A stretch of 49,985 nucleotides of DNA from an uncultured bacterium. GTDB taxonomy: Bacteria; Patescibacteriota; Minisyncoccia; Phycocordibacterales; CAIJYI01. Under the pieces are notes generated by a model. It was given only the letters and a program-made list of their open reading frames with translations. It did no database searches and had not been told where the DNA came from. Shown piece by piece: positions 8,003 to 18,342 of the stretch (the stretch's first letter is position 1; the number at the start of each line of letters is the position of its first letter). Made by a program: the position numbers and the translations under genes. The stretch covers positions 1-49,985 of the forward strand of contig CAIJYI010000005.1 of assembly GCA_903824855.1 (NCBI GenBank), given 5' to 3'.

Positions 8003-10102
8003 TTAACTCAAAATTATTCTTGCATCGAGAACGGTCGTTCCTTCACCTTCATTCATGACCAGGAGAGGGTTGATATCGATTTCAGAGATTTCAGGAAAAT
8101 CAATAATGAGCTTAGAAAGTCTTCCGAGCATTTCGGTAAGTGCCTTAACGTCAATCGGTTTCTGTCCTCGAAAACCGGTAAGTATTTTATGAGCCTTCAG
8201 CGTCTGAATCATACGTTTGGAATCATCTTCAGCGAGAGGTGCTAAACCAAAAGAAATATCTTTGTAAATCTCTACATAAATTCCTCCGAGACCAACCATT
8301 ACAATCGCGCCGAGAGAGGGATCGCGTTTGGCTCCAAGAATAATTTCAAATCCTTTTTTGTCCAGCATTTCTTCCATGATTACTCCGTCGATTTTTGCAT
8401 CGGGTTTATAGGCTAATACGGACTCCATGAGTCGGTCGAATTCTTCTCCCGCATTGTCAGGAAGAATATTGAGTCGAACTCCGCCAGCATCGCTTTTGTG
8501 TAAAATATCAGGCGAAACAATCTTCATTACGAAAGGTTTTCCGATTTCTATTGCTTTGGAAATTACCTCATCACGGTTTATTGCCATTTCAGCTTTCAAA
8601 ACAGAAAAACCATATGCGGAGAATAAATGAAGCGCTTCAAATTCTGAAAGAGACTTCTTCCCTTCCTCTTTTGCGGTGTTTAATATTTTTTGTGCATCAT
8701 CATGCCGAATATTTTCAAATTCAAACTTTTTAGACGGTTCCTTCTTCAGATAATCGCCATATTGTACCAATTTGGAAAGTGCATTTGCCGCTTCTTCCGG
8801 GTATTCTATCATCGCAACACCGCCTTTGTGTAAAATTTCAACACCGCCGTCAACCGAACTTCCACCCATAAAGCACGCGAGCACGGGCTTGTTGGTTTGC
8901 GATTTTATTCTCACTATTGCCTCGGCTGTTTCATTCACTTCCGTCATGGTTTGGTTCGTGAGTACGGCAAGAATGATATCTATATCTTTATCTTCAGCAA
9001 CCACGCGGAGCGCCTTCTCGTAACGAACGGAATCCGCATCCCCGACAACATCAACAGGATTTTTAGTTCCGGCTGCTTTCGGTAAAAATTCTATAAGTTT
9101 TGCATGTATTTCTTCGGAGAGGACGTTGACTTCAAGCCCGGAAAGAGACGCCTGATCTATTGCCAAAACACCCGGTCCTCCGGCATTAGTAACTACTCCG
9201 ATTCGTTTGCCACTCGGTATTCCGTTTGAAGAAAAAACTTTTATGTAATCAAAAAGCTCGGAAACTTTCTCTGCGCGAATAATTCCGGCCTGAGCGAAGA
9301 AAGCGTTAAATGCTTCGTCTGAACCTCCGAGGGCGCCCGTATGAGAAGCGCTTGCTCCGGCACCGGCGTTTGTCCGTCCTGCTTTGAGAGCAATGATTGG
9401 TTTGTTCTTTCCTTCTTTTTTAGCGTTTTCAATAATTTCAATGATTTCATGAGGGTGTGTGAGGTCTTCCAAATACATAGCAATAACTTTTGTATCGGGG
9501 TCATTTAACATATAGCGAATCATTTCTCTTTCATCAACCTGCGCCTTATTTCCCATGCTCACAAATTTCGAAAATCCGATTCCGAGTTTTTCCGAGTAAT
9601 CAAGAACCGCGACACAGAGCGCACCACTTTGGGAGAAGAATCCGACGCCGGCACTTTTTGGCATAATCCGAGCAAAGGAAGCATTCATATTAATGCTTGA
9701 ATTTATTACCCCAAGGCAATTCGGTCCGATGAGAGTAATATTGTTTTCATTGCAGACACGTGCGAGTTCATGTTCGAGTTCCGCCTCTCCTGTTTCTTTA
9801 TAGCCGGCTGTTATGACGATAGCCGCTTTGATTCCAATTTTTACGGCTTCATCTAATGCGGTTTTTACATCGACGGGATGAACGACAAAAATAACGAGTT
9901 CAACCGGTTTCCCGATAGAAGTGAGATTAGGAAAACATTTTTTACCGAGGATTTCATCAGCGTTTAGGTTTATCGGAAAAATTTCCCCTTCATATCCCTG
10001 TTCAACCAGATTTTTTAAGATGCCAAAACCGACATGAGTCGTGCGACGCGATGCGCCGACAATGGCAATGGATTTTGGATTAAAAACGGAGTCAAAGTTC
10101 AT
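8003..10102 (-). CDS. Acetate--CoA ligase (ADP-forming), fused alpha/beta type
   Basis: FNPKSIAIVGAS, GPNCLG, SQSGAL, ASHTGAL (phospho-His), TNAGGPG, and a C-terminal ATP-grasp with KIVSPDILHKSDAGGV and EIDINPL. Confidence 0.93.
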   Translation of the reverse strand: MNFDSVFNPKSIAIVGASRRTTHVGFGILKNLVEQGYEGEIFPINLNADEILGKKCFPNLTSIGKPVELVIFVVHPVDVKTALDEAVKIGIKAAIVITAGYKETGEAELEHELARVCNENNITLIGPNCLGVINSSINMNASFARIMPKSAGVGFFSQSGALCVAVLDYSEKLGIGFSKFVSMGNKAQVDEREMIRYMLNDPDTKVIAMYLEDLTHPHEIIEIIENAKKEGKNKPIIALKAGRTNAGAGASASHTGALGGSDEAFNAFFAQAGIIRAEKVSELFDYIKVFSSNGIPSGKRIGVVTNAGGPGVLAIDQASLSGLEVNVLSEEIHAKLIEFLPKAAGTKNPVDVVGDADSVRYEKALRVVAEDKDIDIILAVLTNQTMTEVNETAEAIVRIKSQTNKPVLACFMGGSSVDGGVEILHKGGVAMIEYPEEAANALSKLVQYGDYLKKEPSKKFEFENIRHDDAQKILNTAKEEGKKSLSEFEALHLFSAYGFSVLKAEMAINRDEVISKAIEIGKPFVMKIVSPDILHKSDAGGVRLNILPDNAGEEFDRLMESVLAYKPDAKIDGVIMEEMLDKKGFEIILGAKRDPSLGAIVMVGLGGIYVEIYKDISFGLAPLAEDDSKRMIQTLKAHKILTGFRGQKPIDVKALTEMLGRLSKLIIDFPEISEIDINPLLVMNEGEGTTVLDARIILS

Positions 10103-10113
10103 AATAAAAATAT

Positions 10114-11817
10114 TTATGCTAATGAATTAATTCTTTGAACAAGCCTTTCTCTTCCCATAACTTTCATAATAGAATGCAAATCAGGAGTATTGGTTTTTCC
10201 TGTTAAGAGAACTCGGAAAATTTTGGCAATGTCGCCGACTTGGCCTTTATATTTTGTTGGTTCCAATTTAAATTGTTTTGCTCCTTCAGCGTATCCGAGA
10301 TCTCTCGCTATTGTTTTTACTTTAGCAAACCATTCGTCTTTGGTATCGTTTTCATTATAAGTTTCCAAAAATGATTTAATGGCCGAATCGCAGTCTTCCT
10401 TGGTTACAAAAGAAAGTGTTTCTTCTCGATTATCTTTTATTTCGTCGAATATCGGATCAAAGAAATATCCCATTTCACTATTTAAATCAGCCCATTTTGA
10501 GATGTCTTTTCTTCCGCGTGATTCGCCCTCTCTTTCAATATTGAGTATCGATTTCGCATAACTTGAGTCTTTTTCCATTTCCAAGGCCAGCCTTTCATCA
10601 TATTTTTTTGCCCATTCTAGACCGACTGCGTATATTTCTTCGGCGGTCATTCGGGAAATAATTTCTTTGCTGACGTCATTTAATTTAACCATATCAAATA
10701 ACGGGCCGTTTGAACGTGAAAGTTTTTCAAATGTTAATTGAAATTCGGAATTATCCGTATCGGGATTTGCTTTTCGCCAATCTTCAAAAGAAGAATTTGC
10801 CAGATTGAGCAAGTATTCAACGACGGCGCGTGGAGGATAACCGAGCTCCTCGTAAAGCATTGCGTTTGCTTCGGGATCTTTTCTTTTGCTGATTTTTCTT
10901 TTTATGATATCACCTTTTTCATTCATTCCATCTTCTTTCTGAATTGGAGCAAGATGACCATACCGAGGTGGAGTAAATCCAAGGGCTTCAAATAATTGAA
11001 GATGAAGCGGTACGGAGGAAAGCCATTCATCACCTCTTAAGACATGAGTCGTTCCCATATAATGATCATCGACGGCGTGTGCGAGGTGATAGGTCGGCAA
11101 GCCTGTCGCCGCCGTAAGAATTTTTCGGTCAATATCGTTTTCAGAAAGTTCCAAATCCCCTTTTAATAAATCGCTGACTTTAATTTTATTTTCGAAATTT
11201 CCCTCTGAACGAAAGCGGATTACATAAGGCGTATTCTTTTCCAGTTCCTTTTCTATTTCCTCAACTGAAGCATCACGCCATTTTGCCCATTTACCATAAT
11301 AACCGGGGCGAAGTCCTTCTTTAACCTGTTCTTCACCCATTGATTTCGTTTCTTCACTCGTGCAAAAACAAGGATAAGCTTTCCCCTTTTCAACAAGAGA
11401 TTTCACGAGTCCTTGATAGATATCCTTACGCGCGCTTTGCGTGTATGGGCCATATTTGCCTTTTTCGTCACCGGAGATGGTCATGCCTTCATCGGTCGGA
11501 ATATGAAAATGGTTGAGCGACTTCACGATAACATCAGTGGTTTCGGCTCGTGAACGTTCTATATCAGTATCCTCAATCCTCAAGAAAAAAACACCGTTTG
11601 TCTGATGCGCAAATCTTTCTGAAATGAGAGCTGAGTAAAGACCACCCAAGTGCATGAGGCCGGTCGGGCTTGGTCCGACACGCGTTACCATAGCATCCGG
11701 CGGTAATTCACGCTTGGGATATTTTTCATTTAGTTCTTCCGGCGTCGGAAGTTTATTTGGGAAAAGCTTCTCGATGAGAGTTTGCGGAAGAATGTGATTT
11801 TGATTTTCTTGACTCAT
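10114..11817 (-). CDS. gltX: Glutamate--tRNA ligase
   Basis: PSPTGLMHLGG (HIGH), LRIEDTD, AYPCFCT, HVLRGDEW and KISKR (KMSKS). Start placed at MSQEN (11817). Confidence 0.95.
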   Translation of the reverse strand: MSQENQNHILPQTLIEKLFPNKLPTPEELNEKYPKRELPPDAMVTRVGPSPTGLMHLGGLYSALISERFAHQTNGVFFLRIEDTDIERSRAETTDVIVKSLNHFHIPTDEGMTISGDEKGKYGPYTQSARKDIYQGLVKSLVEKGKAYPCFCTSEETKSMGEEQVKEGLRPGYYGKWAKWRDASVEEIEKELEKNTPYVIRFRSEGNFENKIKVSDLLKGDLELSENDIDRKILTAATGLPTYHLAHAVDDHYMGTTHVLRGDEWLSSVPLHLQLFEALGFTPPRYGHLAPIQKEDGMNEKGDIIKRKISKRKDPEANAMLYEELGYPPRAVVEYLLNLANSSFEDWRKANPDTDNSEFQLTFEKLSRSNGPLFDMVKLNDVSKEIISRMTAEEIYAVGLEWAKKYDERLALEMEKDSSYAKSILNIEREGESRGRKDISKWADLNSEMGYFFDPIFDEIKDNREETLSFVTKEDCDSAIKSFLETYNENDTKDEWFAKVKTIARDLGYAEGAKQFKLEPTKYKGQVGDIAKIFRVLLTGKTNTPDLHSIMKVMGRERLVQRINSLA

Positions 11818-12013
11818 AGATTCGTTATTTGTTTGCGTTTTATTATTTGCAAATATACTACTAAAATACGACATTTTTCACTTTTTTACAAATGCATTTT
11901 TTTATTAATGTGAACAAATATCTATCACTTGCTATTTAATGTAATGCATGGTACAATATTTTTTAGTACATGCTCCTTAAATCACCAAATCCGTTCAATT
12001 CACGAGGTATAAA

Positions 12014-12775
12014 ATGGCTTCATATAATTTTGCACGTTTGCCTTCGAGGCAGAGAAAGTGGTATATCCAACCGATTGATACATACTCGGCACAAGCAATA
12101 AATAGACTCGTACCTGATGCGCCACGATTAAAACCGAGCGCGATATCACAGAGTCTGAATAAAACAACATATATTTTACGATGTGTTGATAAAAAATTTA
12201 TCGATGAGCTCATGGAAAAAACTTCCTTAGACGCGCTCATATCATTCGGAAGCGTAAAAGACTTCGGAATTAACTTTTCAGTTTTTATGAAAAATTGGGG
12301 TGATGATGAACCTCATTTTTGTTTCAAAACAACATCTGAAATTCGGTCAATAAACGCAAAAAGGCATTTAGAACGCCCTTTCGTGGAAACACAAAAGTTG
12401 TGCGTTGTTCCCGGGATACATAAGGAACGAACCTTCGTTATTCGTCATACTGATAAAAACTCCGAAAAAATACCGGATGTAAAAATTCCTCAGGATATTT
12501 TACCAAAGACGGAATATCGTATCAGTACGCGCCAGCCGAAAGTCGCACAATATATTACGGATGTTCTCTTGAAAGATTCCGTGTTCGTCAAACCAATTAT
12601 TGGTGTCGATTTATGCGATGACGGAAAAGAGGCAGTTTGGTCCGTGTCCCCTTCACATGTTCTTCTCTTAAAGGGATATGCAAAAACAGAGAACTTTTTA
12701 TTTTTCTCAATTCTCAAAAAAGACAAGGGTGGAGAATATACTCAGATAGCACGTTATCCGAGTTTCGAACAATAA
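12014..12775 (+). CDS. Hypothetical two-domain protein, probable paralog of 6738-7676
   Basis: 253-aa ORF with TTGCTA..TACAAT promoter, GAGG SD and terminator at 12781-12808. Confidence 0.75.
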   Translation: MASYNFARLPSRQRKWYIQPIDTYSAQAINRLVPDAPRLKPSAISQSLNKTTYILRCVDKKFIDELMEKTSLDALISFGSVKDFGINFSVFMKNWGDDEPHFCFKTTSEIRSINAKRHLERPFVETQKLCVVPGIHKERTFVIRHTDKNSEKIPDVKIPQDILPKTEYRISTRQPKVAQYITDVLLKDSVFVKPIIGVDLCDDGKEAVWSVSPSHVLLLKGYAKTENFLFFSILKKDKGGEYTQIARYPSFEQ

Positions 12776-12854
12776 AAAATACACCGGCAAATTTTTGCCG
12801 GTTTTTTCTTTGCCAATATTGTTTGAATGTCTCCTTTTTGGTATTCTTATCTGT

Positions 12855-13865
12855 ATGAATGAAGACTTTGAACAAACATTAAGAAAAATCAATGAGGTAG
12901 CCAAAAAAGACGAACCCAACCAAGGCGAATTACGTAACGTAGAAAAAGGATTGAAAAACTATGAGGTTAACAATCTGTATGAATTTCAGTTGGAAAAACG
13001 AATGATAATGGATGACATGCACGATAAGCTTCGTGCCATTGACGAAGGAAAGGAAGTTTCCGGATTCACTTCGGGTGAAAAAAGAATGGTTGGTCACTGG
13101 AATGAAGAAAAAAGAAGCGGCACCATTACTCTTCCCTCGGGGGAAACGGCTGTCGTTACACCGGGAGATTTAATGACTGATGGTGTTTGGGGCGTATCCT
13201 ATAAACTTGATAAGGATGTTCCGAGAATTATAAAAAAGGAATATGTAATAACTGAGGCAAAACGATATCTCATGGATGTTTTGGCAAATCAGATAGGCCA
13301 TAGGAAACCGGGATCGTTACCAAGAAGAGCTGAATTTGAAAAGCCCTATGATGGTTTTATTGCCGAAAAACTTGTTGAAACATTTATAGAAAAAATCGCT
13401 ATTAATTCGGATTTACCTATTGAATTGGAAGAAGTGGATTTGGACGAAGACATGAAGCGTGCGAACGATTTTGTGTTGCATGTACCAAAATATAATAAAA
13501 CCGGTGAAGAAATCGGTACCGAGAAGAAAGACATCGGCGTACAATTAACCATCAGCACGAACGAAAGCAATATCAGAAATAAACAGAATCAGATAATGAA
13601 GGCAAAAAACTTCACGGGATATACCATTCATCTTGATGATATAGTTCTAGTGAACGTGCCGCTCAAAAATTGTGTTGATACTTATGATCTCTGGTTAAAA
13701 AATGGAATGCGTCCGGGTGGTCCTGCAGAGCTTTGGGAAAACGAACAAAAAGAGTTAATCTTTCGCACGGTACTTAAAGAAATTATTCCTGAAGAGAAGA
13801 TTAATGAGATGTGGGAGAAAACAAAAGATAAAACTTTAGCACTATCTGAAAATCCCGGAGAATAA
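12855..13865 (+). CDS. Hypothetical protein with a putative PD-(D/E)xK-like C-terminal domain (paralog 1)
   Basis: GFIAEKLVE, EDMKRANDF, IGVQLT and RPGGP. Start at ATG 12855, in register with the paralog's MKENFE. Confidence 0.8.
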   Translation: MNEDFEQTLRKINEVAKKDEPNQGELRNVEKGLKNYEVNNLYEFQLEKRMIMDDMHDKLRAIDEGKEVSGFTSGEKRMVGHWNEEKRSGTITLPSGETAVVTPGDLMTDGVWGVSYKLDKDVPRIIKKEYVITEAKRYLMDVLANQIGHRKPGSLPRRAEFEKPYDGFIAEKLVETFIEKIAINSDLPIELEEVDLDEDMKRANDFVLHVPKYNKTGEEIGTEKKDIGVQLTISTNESNIRNKQNQIMKAKNFTGYTIHLDDIVLVNVPLKNCVDTYDLWLKNGMRPGGPAELWENEQKELIFRTVLKEIIPEEKINEMWEKTKDKTLALSENPGE

Positions 13866-13887
13866 TAAACGTAATCGATTTACTAAC

Positions 13888-14904
13888 ATGAAGGAAAATT
13901 TTGAAAAAGAGCTTCGGAAAATAAATAAAATTGCAACAAAAGACGAACCTACTGTCGAGGACATTTTTAATAATGTCGGCGATGAATTCGATAGACCCGA
14001 ACATGTCTACAATATATATAAACTTCAAAAACAGAAACACGATATTATTGAAGAGATGCACAAAAAACTATTATCAATAGACAACAACGAGGAAGTCACC
14101 GGTTTTACTGCCGGGGAGACACATTCGATTGATCACTGGAATACGAAGGAAAATATAGGTTCCTGCACTCTTCTTTCAGGAGAGACTGTCCCGATAACCC
14201 CGGGAGAATTGATCACCGACGGAGTCTGGGGAATTTCATATAAATTAGTTCCGGAAGTACCACATGATATACGAAAAAAATATATTATTTCTGAAACCCG
14301 TCGCAGTTTAATGAGAATGTTGAATGACCAAATCAGACATAAAAAAGTTTTGATTAAAAAACGAGCAACCAATACCTATGAGTCTAAACCGGATTTAAAA
14401 ATAAGTAGCAGTGGACTGCTTGCTGAAAAATTGGTTGAGACATTTTTTGAAAAAAATATCATTGACTATAAATTACCTATGGAGATGGTGGAGGTTGATG
14501 CGTATGAGGATAATGAAAGAAAGATTGATTTTCTTGTACGTGTCCCAAAATACGTGAGAGGTGTGGAAACGAATGTTACTGAAAAAAAAGATGTAGGAAT
14601 ACAACTTACCATTAGCACGAGAGATGACATTCTTAGATTAAAAAAGAGACAAATATCTGAGGCGATACAAAAAAACATCAGCAGTAATCTTCATGTTGAT
14701 GATATTGTTCTTGTAAACATTCCGCTCACGAGTTGTACAAATCTTTTTTATCAATGGGATAAAAACGGAAAACGACCCGGTGGTCCCGAAAAATTGTGGG
14801 ACAATAGCCAAAAAGAAGCCGTTTTTCGAGGAGTTCTCAATAAATTACTTCCCGAAGAAAAAATTACCGAGATGTGGGAGAAAATTTCTGATACTAAGAA
14901 ATAA
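13888..14904 (+). CDS. Hypothetical protein with a putative PD-(D/E)xK-like C-terminal domain (paralog 2)
   Basis: GLLAEKLVE, EDNERKIDF, VGIQLT and RPGGP; colinear with the upstream gene. Confidence 0.8.
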   Translation: MKENFEKELRKINKIATKDEPTVEDIFNNVGDEFDRPEHVYNIYKLQKQKHDIIEEMHKKLLSIDNNEEVTGFTAGETHSIDHWNTKENIGSCTLLSGETVPITPGELITDGVWGISYKLVPEVPHDIRKKYIISETRRSLMRMLNDQIRHKKVLIKKRATNTYESKPDLKISSSGLLAEKLVETFFEKNIIDYKLPMEMVEVDAYEDNERKIDFLVRVPKYVRGVETNVTEKKDVGIQLTISTRDDILRLKKRQISEAIQKNISSNLHVDDIVLVNIPLTSCTNLFYQWDKNGKRPGGPEKLWDNSQKEAVFRGVLNKLLPEEKITEMWEKISDTKK

Positions 14905-14946
14905 TTTTACTTTGCTCTAATTTCTAATGTTTTATATAATGAAGTT

Positions 14947-16386
14947 ATGAAAACAGAAAAAAATGTTCCATTTCGTCTTGCACTCTCGTATGACGATGTT
15001 CTTCTCGTTCCTCATTACTCGGATATTCCATCCAGAAAACTTATTGATACGAAGACGATGTTTTCGCGAAGAATCGAACTTCGTGCCCCGGTCGTCTCGG
15101 CAAATATGGATACGGTAACAGGATCTGAAATGGCTATTCATATGGCTCGCGACGGAGGCATGGGCATTATTCACCGTTTTCAGACCGCAGAAGAAGAGGC
15201 CGATGAAGTAAGGCGCGTTAAACGAGTCGAAAGTATTTTCATTCATGATCCAATCACGATTCAAAAAGATGCGACTTTGAAACAGGCGTTGGAACTTATG
15301 GATCGAACTCATGTTACCGGTCTCATTGTTATTTCGGAGGATAAAACTATTGAAGGAATTCTTACCGCACGGGATATTCGATTTAAAACTGACACTTCCG
15401 TATTTATAAAGGAATTAATGACACCGAAGGATAAAGTCATTACCGCGAAACCTACTATTTCAAGTGAAGAAGCACTTCGTATTCTGGATAAATACAAAAT
15501 TGAAAAACTTCCACTCGTAGATGCAAAAGGAAAACTTGCCGGTCTTATCACAGCAACTGATTACAAAAAAACAAAGGAATGCCCCAATGCTTCAAAGGAT
15601 AAGCGGGGACGTCTTTTGGTTGGGGCGGCAATCGGAGTAAAAGACGGATTAGAACGAGCGGAGTTACTCGTAAATGCCGGTGTTGATGCGCTCGTCATTG
15701 ATATCGCACACGGACATCACAAAACCTGTATTGATCTCGTAAAAAAATTAAAGAAGCAATTCCCTTCCGTTGATATCATTGCCGGAAATGTTGCAACGGC
15801 AGAAGGAACAGTTGACCTCATTAAAGCTGGAGCTGACGCGATAAAAGTTGGTATCGGACCCGGTGCCGCCTGTTCAACGAGAATCGTTGCCGGTTCAGGG
15901 GTTCCCCAACTTACTGCGGTAATGGATTGTGTTGCTGCCGCCAAAAAATATAAAATTCCGATTATTGCAGACGGTGGAATAAAAAATTCAGGAGATTTAG
16001 CAAAGGCAATTGCCGCAGGAGCCGGAACTGTCATGATTGGAAATCTTTTTTCCGGAACAAAGGAATCACCCGGAGAATATTATATCGAGAGCGGTGAGGC
16101 TTTCAAAATTTACCGTGGTCTGGCATCTCGCGACGCATCCATTGATATGGTTTTGAGAGGCGACAAAGAAATCGGACGACAAGAAAGAGCTCCCGAAGGA
16201 ATCGGCTATCGGGTTACTTTCAAAGGAGAAGTCAGAAAAATCTTTCGAGGCCTTCTCGACGGACTCCAATCAGGGATGAGTTATACCGGGGCTAAAAATC
16301 TCAAGGAATTTCATCAAAAAGCCGAATTTGTACGAATTACCGGTGAAGGAATGAACGAAAGTAAGCCGAGAAGTCATCAGATATAG
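14947..16386 (+). CDS. guaB: IMP dehydrogenase / GMP reductase family enzyme with a CBS pair
   Basis: LSYDDVLLVP, SANMDTVT, two CBS domains, DIAHGH, KVGIGPGAACSTR, IADGGI and PEG. The family is certain; the reaction direction is not (see findings). Confidence 0.85.
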   Translation: MKTEKNVPFRLALSYDDVLLVPHYSDIPSRKLIDTKTMFSRRIELRAPVVSANMDTVTGSEMAIHMARDGGMGIIHRFQTAEEEADEVRRVKRVESIFIHDPITIQKDATLKQALELMDRTHVTGLIVISEDKTIEGILTARDIRFKTDTSVFIKELMTPKDKVITAKPTISSEEALRILDKYKIEKLPLVDAKGKLAGLITATDYKKTKECPNASKDKRGRLLVGAAIGVKDGLERAELLVNAGVDALVIDIAHGHHKTCIDLVKKLKKQFPSVDIIAGNVATAEGTVDLIKAGADAIKVGIGPGAACSTRIVAGSGVPQLTAVMDCVAAAKKYKIPIIADGGIKNSGDLAKAIAAGAGTVMIGNLFSGTKESPGEYYIESGEAFKIYRGLASRDASIDMVLRGDKEIGRQERAPEGIGYRVTFKGEVRKIFRGLLDGLQSGMSYTGAKNLKEFHQKAEFVRITGEGMNESKPRSHQI

Positions 16387-16478
16387 AACCAAATAACTCA
16401 TTTTTAATTTCTTTTTGCTAATTTTATTCATTTGTGGTATAATCGCATTATGGTTGTACGTCTTACGTACCCGTCTCT

Positions 16479-17075
16479 ATGATAAATACAATATTTCGAA
16501 TATTCGAGAAACAAAGAACTAAAGACTTGTATCGCTACTCCAAGGAGTTGAATACCTGTTATATAGATATTGAAATCGATTTTTATCGTGAGCTCTATAA
16601 TGAGTGGGATTTCTCACCTATCACAAATCGCGATCTAGACGAAGAATTATTTGAATTCCTTGAAGCGAGCGCTGAAGACATCTCATCAAAAAATAAAATT
16701 TGCATCGTCTTTAATATTCCTGAAAATCTAAAAGACATCGATAAAGAAGAAAAAAGCCGACAGGGTTTCATAAATTATTTTAACTACGAGATACGCAAAC
16801 AAAATAATAAGATTCGCAAAGCCGCCAATCATGCCATTTCATGCGGCATCTATGGAATGCTTTTCCTCTTCGCAGGAACTTGGGTTTCCAGATTTTTAGA
16901 AGCGAATCATAAATTTTCAAATTTTTCTTTTCTTGCAGAAGGACTAATTATCGGTGGATGGGTTTTTGGCTGGACACTTATTGAAATTATTTTCTTTAAG
17001 TCTGAAGAACTTTTTGGCCAAAGAAGAATTCTCGAGAGACTCCGCGATGCTCGCATAGAATTTAATTACCGATAG
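16479..17075 (+). CDS. Hypothetical membrane protein with two C-terminal TM helices
   Basis: 198-aa ORF with LYNEWDFSP..RDLD and EGLIIGGWVFGW; terminator at 17084-17109. Confidence 0.8.
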   Translation: MINTIFRIFEKQRTKDLYRYSKELNTCYIDIEIDFYRELYNEWDFSPITNRDLDEELFEFLEASAEDISSKNKICIVFNIPENLKDIDKEEKSRQGFINYFNYEIRKQNNKIRKAANHAISCGIYGMLFLFAGTWVSRFLEANHKFSNFSFLAEGLIIGGWVFGWTLIEIIFFKSEELFGQRRILERLRDARIEFNYR

Positions 17076-17235
17076 CAATATATAAAACGCCTTTAATATG
17101 GCGTTTTTTGGTATTATTGACAGTATGGTATTCAAGTGGTAACTTTAGTTTAGAGAAGTTGCGGACTTTGACATTACCGCTTCCCATCAAATAACAAAAC
17201 CATAATTTTTCAATTATTTTTTAGTAATCATTTAT

Positions 17236-18189
17236 ATGAACAATAAAATACTTGTCACCGGTGCGTTTGGTCAGATTGGATCTGAACTCATAACAGCGCT
17301 CAAAAATAAATACGGAAATGATTCGGTTGTGGCATTTGATAAAAAACCCAATCAAGAATATGAAGGTGTTTCCATTATCGGAGATATTACCGATGCAGAC
17401 CTTCTTCGTTCAATCGTTACCGACTACAAAATTACAACCGTTTACCATCTCGTTTCCCTTCTTTCCGCCGTCGGCGAAAATAATCCGGGACTCGCTTGGA
17501 AAGTAAACATGGATGGTCTTCGCAACATTCTGGAATTGGCAAGAGAATTCAATCTCAAAGTTTTTTGGCCCAGTTCTATTGCTGCGTTTGGATCAACAAC
17601 TCCGAGAGAAAATACTCCTCAACAAACCATTTTGGAACCAAGTACTATGTACGGCGTTACAAAGGTTGCCGGAGAGTTACTCTGCCAATATTATTTCGCA
17701 AAGTTCGGAGTCGATGTAAGGAGTTTGCGATACCCCGGTGTCATAAGCTGGAAAACATTACCCGGTGGAGGAACGACAGATTACGCTGTGGATATTTTCT
17801 GGAAGGCCCTTGAAAGTGGAAAATACACCTGTTTCCTCGGTGAAAACACTGCATTGCCGATGATGTATATTGATGACGCAATCAGAGCAACCATTGAGAT
17901 AATGGATGCTAATCCGGAGAATCTTACAATCCGAACAAGTTACAATCTTGCTGCCGTAAGCTTTACGCCAAAGGAACTTGCCGAGGCACTTAATCATGCC
18001 GGTGTTCCGACAGAGATAACTTACGAACCGGATTTCCGACAAAAAATTGCAGATTCATGGCCAAAAAGCATTGATGATTCAACAGCAAGAAAAGACTGGG
18101 GATGGAAGCACGATTTTGATCTCGACAAACTGGTTTCAGCAATGATTCAGGGGGTCAAACAAATGAAGGAAAAAACATTTAAAATATAG
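17236..18189 (+). CDS. SDR-type L-threonine 3-dehydrogenase (NAD-dependent epimerase/dehydratase family)
   Basis: GAFGQIG Rossmann motif, PSSIAAFG, catalytic YGVTK, PGGGTTDYAV and RQKIADSWP; kbl lies nearby. Confidence 0.88.
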   Translation: MNNKILVTGAFGQIGSELITALKNKYGNDSVVAFDKKPNQEYEGVSIIGDITDADLLRSIVTDYKITTVYHLVSLLSAVGENNPGLAWKVNMDGLRNILELAREFNLKVFWPSSIAAFGSTTPRENTPQQTILEPSTMYGVTKVAGELLCQYYFAKFGVDVRSLRYPGVISWKTLPGGGTTDYAVDIFWKALESGKYTCFLGENTALPMMYIDDAIRATIEIMDANPENLTIRTSYNLAAVSFTPKELAEALNHAGVPTEITYEPDFRQKIADSWPKSIDDSTARKDWGWKHDFDLDKLVSAMIQGVKQMKEKTFKI

Positions 18190-18342
18190 ACAAATCCCCC
18201 GATAAATTCGGGGGATTTTTAAATTTCGCATGGTTGACGTATACGGTTAAATACAGTAGATTTAGACCAGATATCAATTTTTGATATTTGACATCATAAA
18301 TAAAATATTTTTCATTACCAATCTGACCAAGGAGGAATAGGT

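Noticed and set aside
12795-12854. N-terminal extensions in the ORF track (also grpE, gltX, 5423, corA, 39826, 44656, 46838)
   Set aside because: They run through promoters, terminators or neighbouring genes. Downstream ATGs fit SD or -10 spacing or family starts better.
17140-17235. Riboswitch or T-box upstream of threonine dehydrogenase
   Set aside because: Only a weak hairpin (GCGG..CCGC) is present, with no recognisable glycine-riboswitch or T-box motifs, and the region is too short.
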